Source: Vitrella brassicaformis CCMP3155
Lineage: Eukaryota > Protista > Chromerida
NCBI GenBank assembly: GCA_001179505.1
Contig: CDMY01000568.1
Coordinates: 1 to 50,515 of the forward strand
Direction: 5' to 3'
DNA length: 50,515 nucleotides
Both the position numbers and the translations under genes were made by a program. Positions within the stretch are counted from its first letter, which is position 1; every line of letters begins with the position of its first letter. Shown here in pieces: positions 34,915 through 45,899 of the stretch. Under the pieces are notes generated by a model. The model saw nothing but the letters and a program-made list of their open reading frames with translations. It made no database searches and was not told where the DNA came from.

Positions 34915-35573
34915 TCACGCCTTTTGTCTGGTGACGTGAGTGTACCATGGCTCGTCGTGCGGCATGACCCCCAGGTTTATCGCCATGATCTCCTCCTCTG
35001 TCAGCGGCTTGGACTTGTAATTGCTCGGCAAATCGCTCCAGTCACTATACCTGATCCAGTTGACACGCACACGCACACACCACAGAACGGCCGGTTTCCG
35101 TTGTGTCCTCTACCTTCTGTGTGTTCCTTCCTTGCTCACCTTTCCACATCGATCCCCGGCTTGCTGCCCCTCGTCGATGCCGCTGCTGACGATGCCCCGC
35201 TGGCCGCCTCCCTCGGTGAGGGGGCCGGTGTGGGCCTCCCCTCTCCCCTCATCCCACCGGCCTTGCGGTCAGGGAACCGAATCAGCGGCGTATAGCGCCG
35301 TGCTGCATTATGTGTCGTTTGCTCGGGGGTGCTGCTGGTGTTGGTGTTGTGTCGCGGTGGTGCTTGTTGTGCGGATGTAGAGGATGAGGCGGGTGGTTGT
35401 GCCTTGTCTGCTGGTTGGTCGGCGAGTTGGTCGGCGAAGGATGTGTCGATAGTGCACAGATCACCGCCGATGTACACGGTGCCGCCTGCATGCACCACAA
35501 ACAAGGCCACGAAAGAGATGATATGTGTGCTGGCAAAACGGATATTAGAGAGCGTGCGGCCATGTGTGTGGCG

Positions 35574-35608
<35 letters not shown>

Positions 35609-36212
35609 GTCCAACTAACTCACCGACTTCGGCCGCGTGGCCGGTGATCTTGCCCGAGGCCTCGGCGTGAATGTCAACAGACACCTGCACACACACACAC
35701 ATATGAATAGTGAAGGCACGCAATGCACACGACACCACCGCATGAGTCTGCCCTTCCGTAATTACCTTGTCGGTGTCGATGACGCAGATAACTTCATCCT
35801 CCTTGACCAGAGTGCCCACGTCCTTCTTCCACTCGGCCACCGTGCCCTCGGTGATGGAGTCACCCATATTCGGCACCTGACAAACAACACACACACACAG
35901 ACAGAGAACACAGACACAGACACAACCAAACGACACCAATCACATCCATCTCTCCTTGCCCCACCCGACAGCCCAGTCCATAGGCTCGTGCTGGCTCACC
36001 TTCATCAGCACAGATGACTCGGCGGCCTCACTGAAATGCCGGCAAAACACCCGCTGCCCACTCGCCACCTCTGACGCCGCCCTCTGGAGAGCTCCTGAGT
36101 GAGGTGTGTGTGTCCGTCTCGTCAGCAGGGCGGTGCTGAGGCGCAGCATGCTCGATGACACGGGCCACTTTGTGCACACGAGGGCGCCAGAAAGTCGACG
36201 GAAGGCCAGCAT
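34915..36212 (-). CDS. Mitochondrial lipoyl-domain + KGD4/MRPS36-like protein (2-oxoglutarate dehydrogenase adaptor); exons 36212-36000, 35876-35766, 35684-35624, 35485-35140, 35050-~34915
   Basis: Arg/Ser-rich presequence; lipoyl domain [21 protein letters not shown]...IDTDK|VSVDI; then [11 protein letters not shown] and [22 protein letters not shown], which match the two conserved KGD4/MRPS36 motifs. There is no acyltransferase domain. The exact 3' end is uncertain. Confidence 0.8.
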
Positions 36213-36553
36213 GAGCCCAACACGCCGTTTGTTGGTCTTTGACAGATGCGGCACTCAACAGGGGGCGCTCCCAACAGCTGTCTGTTCGCTTCACTCCTCG
36301 CCTTTAAAGCTCGCAGCTTCAGATCGCGCCAAAGGAGCGTCGCCTCGAAAAGGGGCAGGGATTAGTGTGGCTAAGGCTTAGGAAGGTCAGTGAGTCATTC
36401 AGCTCTCGACCGGATTGATGCACTCATCTCCATGTAAGGTTGACATCCATCGTTCCATGCAGTGTCGGACAGACTTCTCTCTCTTCTTTGCGCGGTGACC
36501 TTGGTGGGCAGCACATCGACAGAAAGCTGATGCCGACATACAGGCCATCAAGT

Positions 36554-39500
36554 TCATCCCTGCAGAGCAGAAAGAGACGTCCGAGCGAAAGAAACACGTT
36601 CAAGACACTGTGTGCCGTCCACTGCCCTGCCCTTGGTGCACATCCATCCGATGCACCCTCCCATGCCGCTGCAGGCTGATCTATACACACCACACCACAC
36701 CAACCGTGAGAAACCGTCAACACATACACACATGCACTTGTAGCTAGCTACCCGACAGCAGCACCAGCACCAGCAGCTGCCATCTCCTGTTTCTCCTGCT
36801 TCTTTTGCTTTTTGGCGGCGGCGGCCTTCCCCCGGGTGGTGCCCCTGTTGCCGCTCTTGCCCTCTAGGTAACACGCCACGATCTTCTTGACATACGTGGC
36901 GCACTTGCCCTGACAATGAGCGGACAGACACAAACACAATGCCGGTCTGTCTAGTCATTTTGTGACACCGCACCTGCAGGTCTGTCGGGTCAGTCCACTT
37001 GGACGGCACAGGCGATGCGTCAGCCAGCAACGAGATGGTCGCATCTGTTAAGATACATACAACACATCCATCGGATGGATGGCCCTCCCTCTCTGTGTGA
37101 GCATCCATTGGTACCCGTGCTGGAAGTGCCGCCGCCGCTGTGTCCTGTGGCCATGGTGTCGATGCGGTAGACGTGCAGGTGATGCGTGACGTGGCTGAAC
37201 ACATGAGTCACCTCACCCACCTGAATGCCTCGACAACACGTGGCACACAGCCATGGATCGGGAGAGACACAGAGGTTTGGCTTATCTGCCCGGCTCTCAT
37301 CTCGGTACCTTGGGAGCAGCAGACGAGTCGTCACACGCAACGCCCATCTCCTCTAAGGCCGCCCGGAGCTTCTGCGGCACAACACGCACACACAGACACA
37401 GGGAGAGAGAGAGGGAGAGAGAGGGATATGCGACACACGCCGACACACACCTCCCACACACATGGAACTCCAGTCAGACGGGCAGGCCATGTGTGTGTCG
37501 TGGGTATGGCAGAGAGTCAGAGCGATAAGGGATGAGTGTTTGTGTGTATCCTCACTGGACACTCAGAGAGGTTCTTACAAGACAAAGCGAATCATCACGC
37601 TGCCTGCCATGACCACCCCAACCACACACCACCTCACTGACCTGTACACACTCCTGGTCGCTCACAGCGGCATCCCCACTGCCCTTCTTCCGCTTTTTGT
37701 CACCCTTCTTCCCCTTGCCGCTGCTGCTGTTCTCTATCAGCACGCTGGGCGGCTCCCACTGGTTGGCCAGCAGCCCCTTGCTGGCCCGCTGCCGCACCAG
37801 GATGTGCCCGTCTGACGGCCGCTCGACGATCGCCACGGCGTAGGTCTCCTCCTTGCGGGGAGCCGTGCTCTTCTGAAAGAGGGAGGGATGAGCACATAGT
37901 GTGCACATGGGTCATGGATGGGATGCGCACACGCGTGTTTGTGTTTCTTGTGCTTCTCACTCACCGGCAATGGGTACTCGCCAGCTGAGACAGGGCCGTC
38001 CACACGCTGCGATCCAGACAGACAGACAGACAGACAGGACGAAAAAGATAGATCGACCATACGGGGACGGAGCTCTCCATAGCTCTCTGGCTGAGGTCGT
38101 GCTTACGGCTGGGTCGCACACGTCACATTCGCTGGGGTTGTGTCCCTTCCGGCGCACTGTGCGGTCCCTCACCTCCCGCTGTACTCGACAGTGCGCCGAT
38201 ACTGACACAACACAGACACACAGACACATGCATGTGAGAGCCGTGTTTGGTGAATGAAGGTTTTCTGACTTCCTACTCGGACAGACGGAGCATGCAGGGT
38301 TCTTGGGCGTGCAGACGGTCGCCCCAAGCTCCATCAGAGCCTGCACACACAGGACAGACACACACACATCACAACCAACCGTATCTATACCTCCTGCAAT
38401 CACCCAGAAGCGCACCTGATTGAGATCCCCTGGAGATTGCACTTCGTCCCCCTCTTGGCTTTTGACCAGCTCCCGCGCCACATTGGTGCTCGCCGCCAGC
38501 AGGTTCCTCGCGCTCGCAGGGGCGGCGTAGGCAGCCAGTCGGCTCGCCACGCGCACCACATTGCCGTCAACCGCCGGAGTGGGCACCGAGTAGCTGCACA
38601 AAACGGTTGAAACGTATGTGGCGTGTACTGCATGTGGTTGGTGTCTGTCTGTTGGCTCGTAGGCTTACGCGATGGATAAAATGGCGCCTGCGGTGTATGG
38701 GCCGATGCCGGGAATGGAGCGGAGGGACTTCTCGTCACTCGGGATCACACCACCATAATCCTGTACACCGCGGACACAACAGCACAGCACACCACCACCA
38801 AGTGGACACAGACATGCACACACGTACCCTTCCCTGTGTTATGGATCTCGCTCACCCTCATGACCTTCTTGGCCCCCTCGAGCAGGTTCTTGGCCCTGCT
38901 GTAGTACCCCAGTCCCGCCCACACCTCATTCACTTCCTCCAGCGTGGCACCACTCAGCGCCTCGGCGGTCGGCCAGCGCCCCATCCACTTGAGCCAGTAC
39001 TCAATCACCGTGGCCACCTGCGTCTGCTGCAGCATCACCTCAGACACCCATACGCCGTACGCCGACACGCTCGCAGAGACGTTGGTTGGCGCAGAGGGAG
39101 AGGGAGAGGAGTTCGGGGGAGGGGCAGGGTCAGGGGCGGGTGGTGCCTGCCTCTGCTTGAAGAACTGTTGGATGGTGGGCTGGCTCTTGTCGGACTTCTG
39201 GCGGGTGACGGTGCGATGGCCATAGGGAGGCGGGTCACCCCTGAATGCAGTTAACGACAGCGAGAGGATGCAGCAGCAGCGCACGGCGCTTTCATCTATT
39301 GTCTCTGTCTGTCTTTTATGTGAGCATATACCTACCTCCACGGCAGGTGCCTTCGGTTCGCCCTGAACCAGTCCAGCAAGCCTTTCCGAATGCCCTCCCT
39401 GTCCGCCCTACCCAGGTGGTGGTAGCCACCTCTCGTCGACTGATCTCCATCTTCATCGCCAACGTCTTGATGCTGCTGGTGTCGCTGGTGCTGCTGCTGC

Positions 39501-39661
39501 TGCATGGTGTCCAAGTCTTCTATGTCGATGATCTCCGTCATGCTGCTGGACGAGCGCTCCGGCAAAGGACGGATGAGCCGAAGGCGCGGAGGGGCGAGGG
39601 CAAAACCAAGAGCTAAGGAAGGAGCAATGAATAAGAAGCCATGGAGAGCAACCAGGCGCAT
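36554..39661 (-). CDS. MUTYH: A/G-specific adenine DNA glycosylase; 3' end approximate; alternative start at 39541
   Basis: [47 protein letters not shown], HhH motif [25 protein letters not shown], Fe-S motif [12 protein letters not shown]|ISAHC, and Nudix-like [11 protein letters not shown] and THVFSH. Confidence 0.93.
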
Positions 39662-39693
39662 CAACGTGGCGCGGCGCCTCTGTCGGGTTCGGT

Positions 39694-42560
39694 ATGCAGG
39701 GTTTTGCGAGCTTACTAGCCAACCAGACGCAAGGCTTCCTTGAGGTTGCCCGGGGAAACACGGCGCTTCCCATTGCAAAACGTATTGCAAAGATGCTGTT
39801 TGTCCACCATCCCCCCCAGCGCCCCAACACGAGCACGCCCATCCACACTGTGCTCGACAGGATGGCCTTCTCGCAGTCCCAGCCGCCCACTCCCACCCCA
39901 GCAAGCATCGCCTCACTGAGGCAGCACGCAGGCAGGCGCCTGCGGCCGGTGACAGCGCGGTCCGAACAGCCCTACGACTCTGAGTATGAGGCCCATCTCG
40001 AGACCTTCACAAAGGCGACCGAGAGCATCGTTGAGGAGGCGCACGCCGGCATCCGAAAGGCGGAAAGGGTGCTGTCGGCGAAATCGATGCGGTCGGACAG
40101 GGACAGGGAGTCCCTGGCAGAGAGCGCCCCGGCACACTCGGCCCCACCGACACCCTTCAGAGACGTGATTGGCAAGATAGAGACGCCGGAGTTTCCCTAT
40201 GAAGAGATAGAGGAGCGTATCAAGAGCACCGTCGAGCAGCAGGGGGGCATGGGCCAGTCAAGGGCCATGCGAGAGGCGATCAACTATCTGAGAGAGGAGT
40301 ACCAGACGCAGCTGAGACGGGCGAGAGACGCAATGGTCAGGGAGTTCAGACAGTGGGCCGTCATGGCCAAAAGAGACAGAGAGGTGAGAAAGGGAGGGAG
40401 GGAGGGAGGGAGGGAGAGGGGGACATCAAAAGGCATTTGCAGCATTCACATTGTCTTTTCTCCTTCTCCTTAAGATGTTGCGTGCATCGATGGAGAAGTC
40501 TCTGGAGGACGCCTGGGAGCAGCGGCAGAAATCCATCAGCAAGGAGACGTCCGACACGGCCATCGAGAACGCCCGGCTCAAGGCGCAGAACGACCGGCTG
40601 CGGACTCTGCTGCTGTCACAGGAGATGCTCCTGACCATAGCGAGACACCAGCAAGGGGACAGGGACACACCACGGAGGGTAGGTAGGTACGTAAAACCAC
40701 AAACCGTCCCATACATACGCTGGGTGTTCCCATTCCCCGTCTGTCTGTGTGGCTGCTTTGCTTGTTGGTGTGCAGGAGACGCAGGCCAAGGAGACGTCTC
40801 AGTACAGGAAGAGGATACGTGGGCTGGAGCTGGCCAACAGCCGGCTGCAGCAGGACGTCCATGCGAGGGACGAGATGGTGCTCAACCTGCGGGAAGAGAT
40901 ACGCAAGCTGCAGAGCCAACTGGAGGAGACCGAAGAGTGAGCATGAGCATGTCCACACCTGGCACAGGAGACAGCCTCTGTATATGTGTGTGTGGGTGTT
41001 TGTGCAGGGAGCGTCATAGCCAGGAGGAGATGTACGAGAAACGGATCTTGCAGCTTGAAGAGGAGCTGCAGAGAAGGGAGCTCGAACTCACACAAAAGCT
41101 CGACAGCTACGTCGCCAAGTAAGCACAGAACGCTGGCTGGAGGACAAAAGAGGGGGCGTGTCCTGATGGAATCGGTCGTCATGCCATTGTCTGTCTGTCT
41201 GTCTGTCTGTCAGTTTTGATGAGTACAAGAAGGACACATCGGGGCAGATCAAGTTCCTCAAGGCCATCATACAGAGACAGGTGGGTGTGGACAGATGTAC
41301 ATAACACAATAAGTATCCACACACTCTGCACGGCTTGGCGCAGACGGATGCTCTGAAGCTGTACGAAGCCGAGCGCGCCGAGCTGATCAAGGCCATACAG
41401 GTCAACGACATTCTGTTTTAGCGACTTTCTGTGTGCCAATGTGTGTGTGTGTGTGTGTTCAGAAGCCCAGCACCCGTGTGGGTGAGCCTGAGGAAGAGGT
41501 TGAATTTGAACCTTACGAGTTCATCAGCAAGCTAGAGTGAGATCATTTATTGATCGGCGGACACACCTGCTGGTGTCTCGTCTCATCCCACCTCACGCTG
41601 TCTTGTTCTCTGTCTCCTTTCCTTTGTTGGCATGTTGTGCTGCAGATACCGCAAGGACCTCCTCGGCATGGACTTCGCGTGGAAGGACTACCCACCTTCA
41701 AGTAGACACACAACCGCACACACGTTGATTGAACCGGGCGGCCGTTCCCTGGCTCCGTCTCTACCTGTGTCAGCCCCCTCCCTCCAAGGCACCACGCCCC
41801 GGTTCTTCGTCGTCCGCAGGAAGCCCACCACACAGACAGAGACACAGATGGACACCACCACCAGCCCCAGAAGCCCCAGAAGCCCCAGAACCACCACAGG
41901 CACAGGAGCAGCAGGAGCAGCCAAGCCCTCCCCCCGCCCCCCCAAGACCGAGTGGATCCACATCGACACCTCGCCAATCTCCGTCCAGCAGGCCACCAAG
42001 CGGCTGGATGAGAGTTTGCAGCAGGTCAAGGGGCCCCGGTGGCGGGAGAGGGACCCCCGCTTCTCAGCCTCTGTGCGGGAGAGGGGCGGGCGGATGGAAC
42101 TGGACGAGGATGGCGGGGGTGCTGGTGGTGCTGGTCAAAACAGGGGCAGCTGGACGGACAGGTGGGGGGGTTGTCGGTGGAGGTTGGTTGTGCGGACGAT
42201 CCTGATATCATGGCTGTGTGCGTGTGTGTGTGTGCGTGCGTGTGTGGGCAGGTCGTACTACAAGAGCGGCCACCCGCCAAGACTGCCGGATGGGTAAGTG
42301 GAACACTCGTCATATGGACGAGCGCGTCCATATATTAATGGGCGTTGATCGGTTTTTGTGCAGGCCTGTGCTGTCGTCTCTGCGGCCACTCGTCATCCCC
42401 CCACCTGTGCAGACACGAAAAGAGTGGTGAGCAAAGCACCGCACCCTCGGCATGGACGAATGTGTCTTGTGTCTTGTGCTATGTTGTGTTGGGTGGCAGG
42501 TTGATGCGGCATCAGCCGCCAGAGGCGGTGATCCCACTGCCGGCCCTCACAATCGGATAG
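39694..42560 (+). CDS. Multi-exon coiled-coil protein of unknown function; start could be 39694, 39793 or 39862
   Basis: Consecutive GT-AG exons encode heptad-rich E/K/R/Q helices (RKRIRGLELANSRLQQDV..., LQLEEELQRRELEL), then YRKDLLGMDFAWKDYP, ending VIPLPALTIG* at 42560. Confidence 0.6.
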
Positions 42561-42942
42561 ATGACCGTGTGCACGTGCGTGGGTCGATTCGATTGGTGGA
42601 TGCAATCGTCTTCTCCTGTGTGGTTGTGGTTGCTCTTCCTATGTATGTCTTTGTGTGGGCTGGCTGGGCAAGGGCTATCTTTTCTCTCACGTGTGTTGAC
42701 CTGACCTCACTACTCTTTCAGTGTGTTCACGTGATGTGTTGGTTCGTCCATGTGGTGTCGTGCATCGGTCAATCATCATTCCGTCAATCAATCCATTGGC
42801 TATGCACATAATCCGTGCATTCATTCATGCTGGCAGGCAGGCAGACAAATCACCGGCCATCGCAATGAATACGAATCCACACATCCCACAAATGCCCGCA
42901 ACTGTAAGCTAACTCAGCAAGCAAACCAAACCTTCTGTACAT

Positions 42943-42979
<37 letters not shown>

Positions 42980-43279
42980 NNNNNNNNNNNNNNNNNNNNN
43001 NNNNNNNNNNNNNNNNNNNNNNNNNNNNNNNNNNNNNNNNNNNNNNNNNNNNNNNNNNNNNNNNNNNNNNNNNNNNNNNNNNNNNNNNNNNNNNNNNNNN
43101 NNNNNNNNNNNNNNNNNNNNNNNNNNNNNNNNNNNNNNNNNNNNNNNNNNNNNNNNNNNNNNNNNNNNNNNNNNNNNNNNNNNNNNNNNNNNNNNNNNNN
43201 NNNNNNNNNNNNNNNNNNNNNNNNNNNNNNNNNNNNNNNNNNNNNNNNNNNNNNNNNNNNNNNNNNNNNNNNNNNNNNN
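42980..43279. other. Assembly gap (300 N) flanked by poly-C
   Basis: Directly visible. Confidence 1.
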
Positions 43280-43346
43280 CCCCCCCCCCCCCCGCCGCCC
43301 GCCCCCGCATCTCGCCGGTATGGCTGTCTGGCTGATCAGCTATCTA

Positions 43347-45552
43347 TCAGTCGTCGTCTATCACTATTGACTCGCGCACAACCTTAAGGATCCCCTCTCC
43401 CTCCCCATCCAGCCCAAGCACCCCATTCTGTCCTCCTTTCGTCAGGTCGATCACTTCCAGCGGAGCAGGAACACCCACACCCACACCCACACCACTACCC
43501 GCACCCGCATCGGCCGCACCTCCACGTGGCTCGTCTTGTGGTGGGCCGACACCAGCACCAGCCGCAGCACCACTACTCCCTCCCTGCTGGCTGTCTGACC
43601 ACTCGGCAGCAGCGGCTGCTGCTGCTGCAGCAACGGCCGGCTGTCCCGTGCCCTTGCCCCCCTCCCTCACTGAGTACGGCTCAAATCGATGCTTCGGCCC
43701 TCCTCGAGAGGGGCGGGAGGGTATGTCGTGCGTATGGGACGGGGGATGGAGTGGCGGCGGGGGCGCGGGGGTCTCCGGGTCGGGAGAGGCCGACCGTTCC
43801 CCAACGAGCATCTCGTCCGCCGCCGCCATGTGACCACCACCGTGACTGACACAAGACATCACCCACGCATATGTGCACCATCGACCCTCTCTCCCCTTCC
43901 CATTGTCGTCGTGCTGTACCTGTTGGCCGGCTCAGCCATCGGGTCATCATCGTGGTCGACGTCTAGGTCGATGTCCCGAGCATTGTCGACCTCCATGTCA
44001 GGAGCACTGCCGGCAGGGGACTCTTCCACAGCAACATCGGCAGGTCCGTCGCTGGCCGGGTCGGGAGGCTCTGCGTAGCCATGGGCGGGGAAGGGGTGAG
44101 CGGCGGGGAAGGGGGAGGGGGAGGGGGTGGGGGACTGCTCGCGGTTCCTACCAGACTTGGCTGACACAACTACACACGAACGGCGGAGGGTAGAATGATT
44201 GCGTGGTCCTTCTCTTGCGTACCGGTGGCCAGCTGTAGCTGGAGAGCTGCTATCTCCTCCGTCAGAGATGAGACCACCATGTCGTGCTGCACCTTCAGCT
44301 GACGGACCTGAAACACAGAGGCACGGGTGTGCGTGTGGGTGTGAGTGTGAGTGTAGCTTACCTCCTGTTTGGCCTTCCTCTCCCCGCTGGCGAAGCGCAA
44401 CGCCAAGGTAGCCCAATACTTGTCACCGTAGTCTACAAGCAGCTCCTGCAGAAAGACATACGTCGACAAACGCATTGTGAATGTGTGTGTCTGTCTGTCT
44501 GTCTGTCTGTCTGTGCGTTGCGAGTGTGTACCTCTCCTGGTAATATGTCCCGGATGGCGATGTGGCACATGTAGGGGATGCCCCACAGCGATACCTGGTG
44601 CGCCACCACGTTGACTTCCTTGCCTGTCCACCGTGCATCGTTCATCATGCCTGCACCCATTCCACACCACACCACACACGAAGGGCGCGTATTGGTATGG
44701 TATGCTTGTGCGTGTCGTATCGTCGCGCATCGCTCACCGCTGTGGTTGCGCAGCGGCTTGCCATCGAAGACAAACTGGGCATCCTCCTCGCCGGCATCGT
44801 CACCTCCGCGGCCTTTCCTGCCCGCCGACACCGTGTACGTGTATCGGTCGTCGTCGAGATCGCGGTCAGTGCTCACAAGCAAGTTGCCGTACATGCCTGT
44901 GGCACACACACACACACCACACACAACACACACGCTGATCTTTCCTCCCCTCATCCATCCATCGTCCCTCCCTGCGCACCGGTCACTTCAAACCGACTGA
45001 TCTTCTTCCTGCAGCACACGGCCATGTAGGTCGGCACGTCCTGTGGAGGGCACACAAACACATTGCCGTGAGGGATGCACTTGCAATGCAGTGAGGTGCA
45101 TCCACCATGTGTCTGTATACCTCTGAATACGCCGGATGCTCCAGATCTGTGATCTCCTGCGTCACGATGCAGTCCTCCTCCCTCACTAGCGCCTCTACTA
45201 TGCCCTTCCTCAGGCCCGATAAGGTCATGCCCTCCAGATCATCTGCCAGTTCTTTCCGCTGCGTGGCCATGATGTTGAGGTTCTCCACCAGCTCCTGGCG
45301 GACGGCAGGGGTGTTGTCCAGGGGCAGAGGGATGCCTCTACACTTCAGGTGGCCGAATTGGACCTCAACCAGGAACGGGCAGTTGTTGCTCTTGAACTCC
45401 TTATCGGGCTGCGACCCCTTGAGAAGCCACGTGCCGTCGGCAAAGTGGACCCCTTCGGGCCATGCATGGTTGCCAACGGGGGTGCGATGCATTCCATGCT
45501 GAGCTTCGCAAAACTCTTGCAAACCGTTGGCCGTTTGATTTGAGTGCACCTC
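43347..45552 (-). CDS. Divergent SET-domain protein (gene J); the 5' exon probably lies in or beyond the gap
   Basis: ITDLEHPAYSE|DVPTYMAVCCRKKISRFEVT|GMYG...FVFDGKPLRNHS|GAGMMNDARWTGKEVNV...PYMCHIAIRDILPGE|ELLVDYGDKYW, followed by a short coiled coil and an acidic tail. Confidence 0.75.
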
Positions 45553-45580
45553 CTGCTACTCGCCTCCTGTACCCCCCCCC

Positions 45581-45880
45581 NNNNNNNNNNNNNNNNNNNN
45601 NNNNNNNNNNNNNNNNNNNNNNNNNNNNNNNNNNNNNNNNNNNNNNNNNNNNNNNNNNNNNNNNNNNNNNNNNNNNNNNNNNNNNNNNNNNNNNNNNNNN
45701 NNNNNNNNNNNNNNNNNNNNNNNNNNNNNNNNNNNNNNNNNNNNNNNNNNNNNNNNNNNNNNNNNNNNNNNNNNNNNNNNNNNNNNNNNNNNNNNNNNNN
45801 NNNNNNNNNNNNNNNNNNNNNNNNNNNNNNNNNNNNNNNNNNNNNNNNNNNNNNNNNNNNNNNNNNNNNNNNNNNNNNNN
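45581..45880. other. Assembly gap (300 N) flanked by poly-C
   Basis: Directly visible. Confidence 1.
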
Positions 45881-45899
45881 CCCCCCCCCCCCCCCCCCC

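Noticed and set aside
34915-36212. Dihydrolipoamide succinyltransferase (DLST/sucB) call
   Set aside because: Only the lipoyl domain is present. No acyltransferase domain or H..DG motif is visible, and KGD4-type motifs follow instead.
1070-45552. Operon-like functional cluster of UBC9, SET genes and MutY as an established feature
   Set aside because: Unrelated genes are interspersed and orientations are mixed. Proximity alone in a gene-dense genome is not evidence, so this is kept only as a testable hypothesis.
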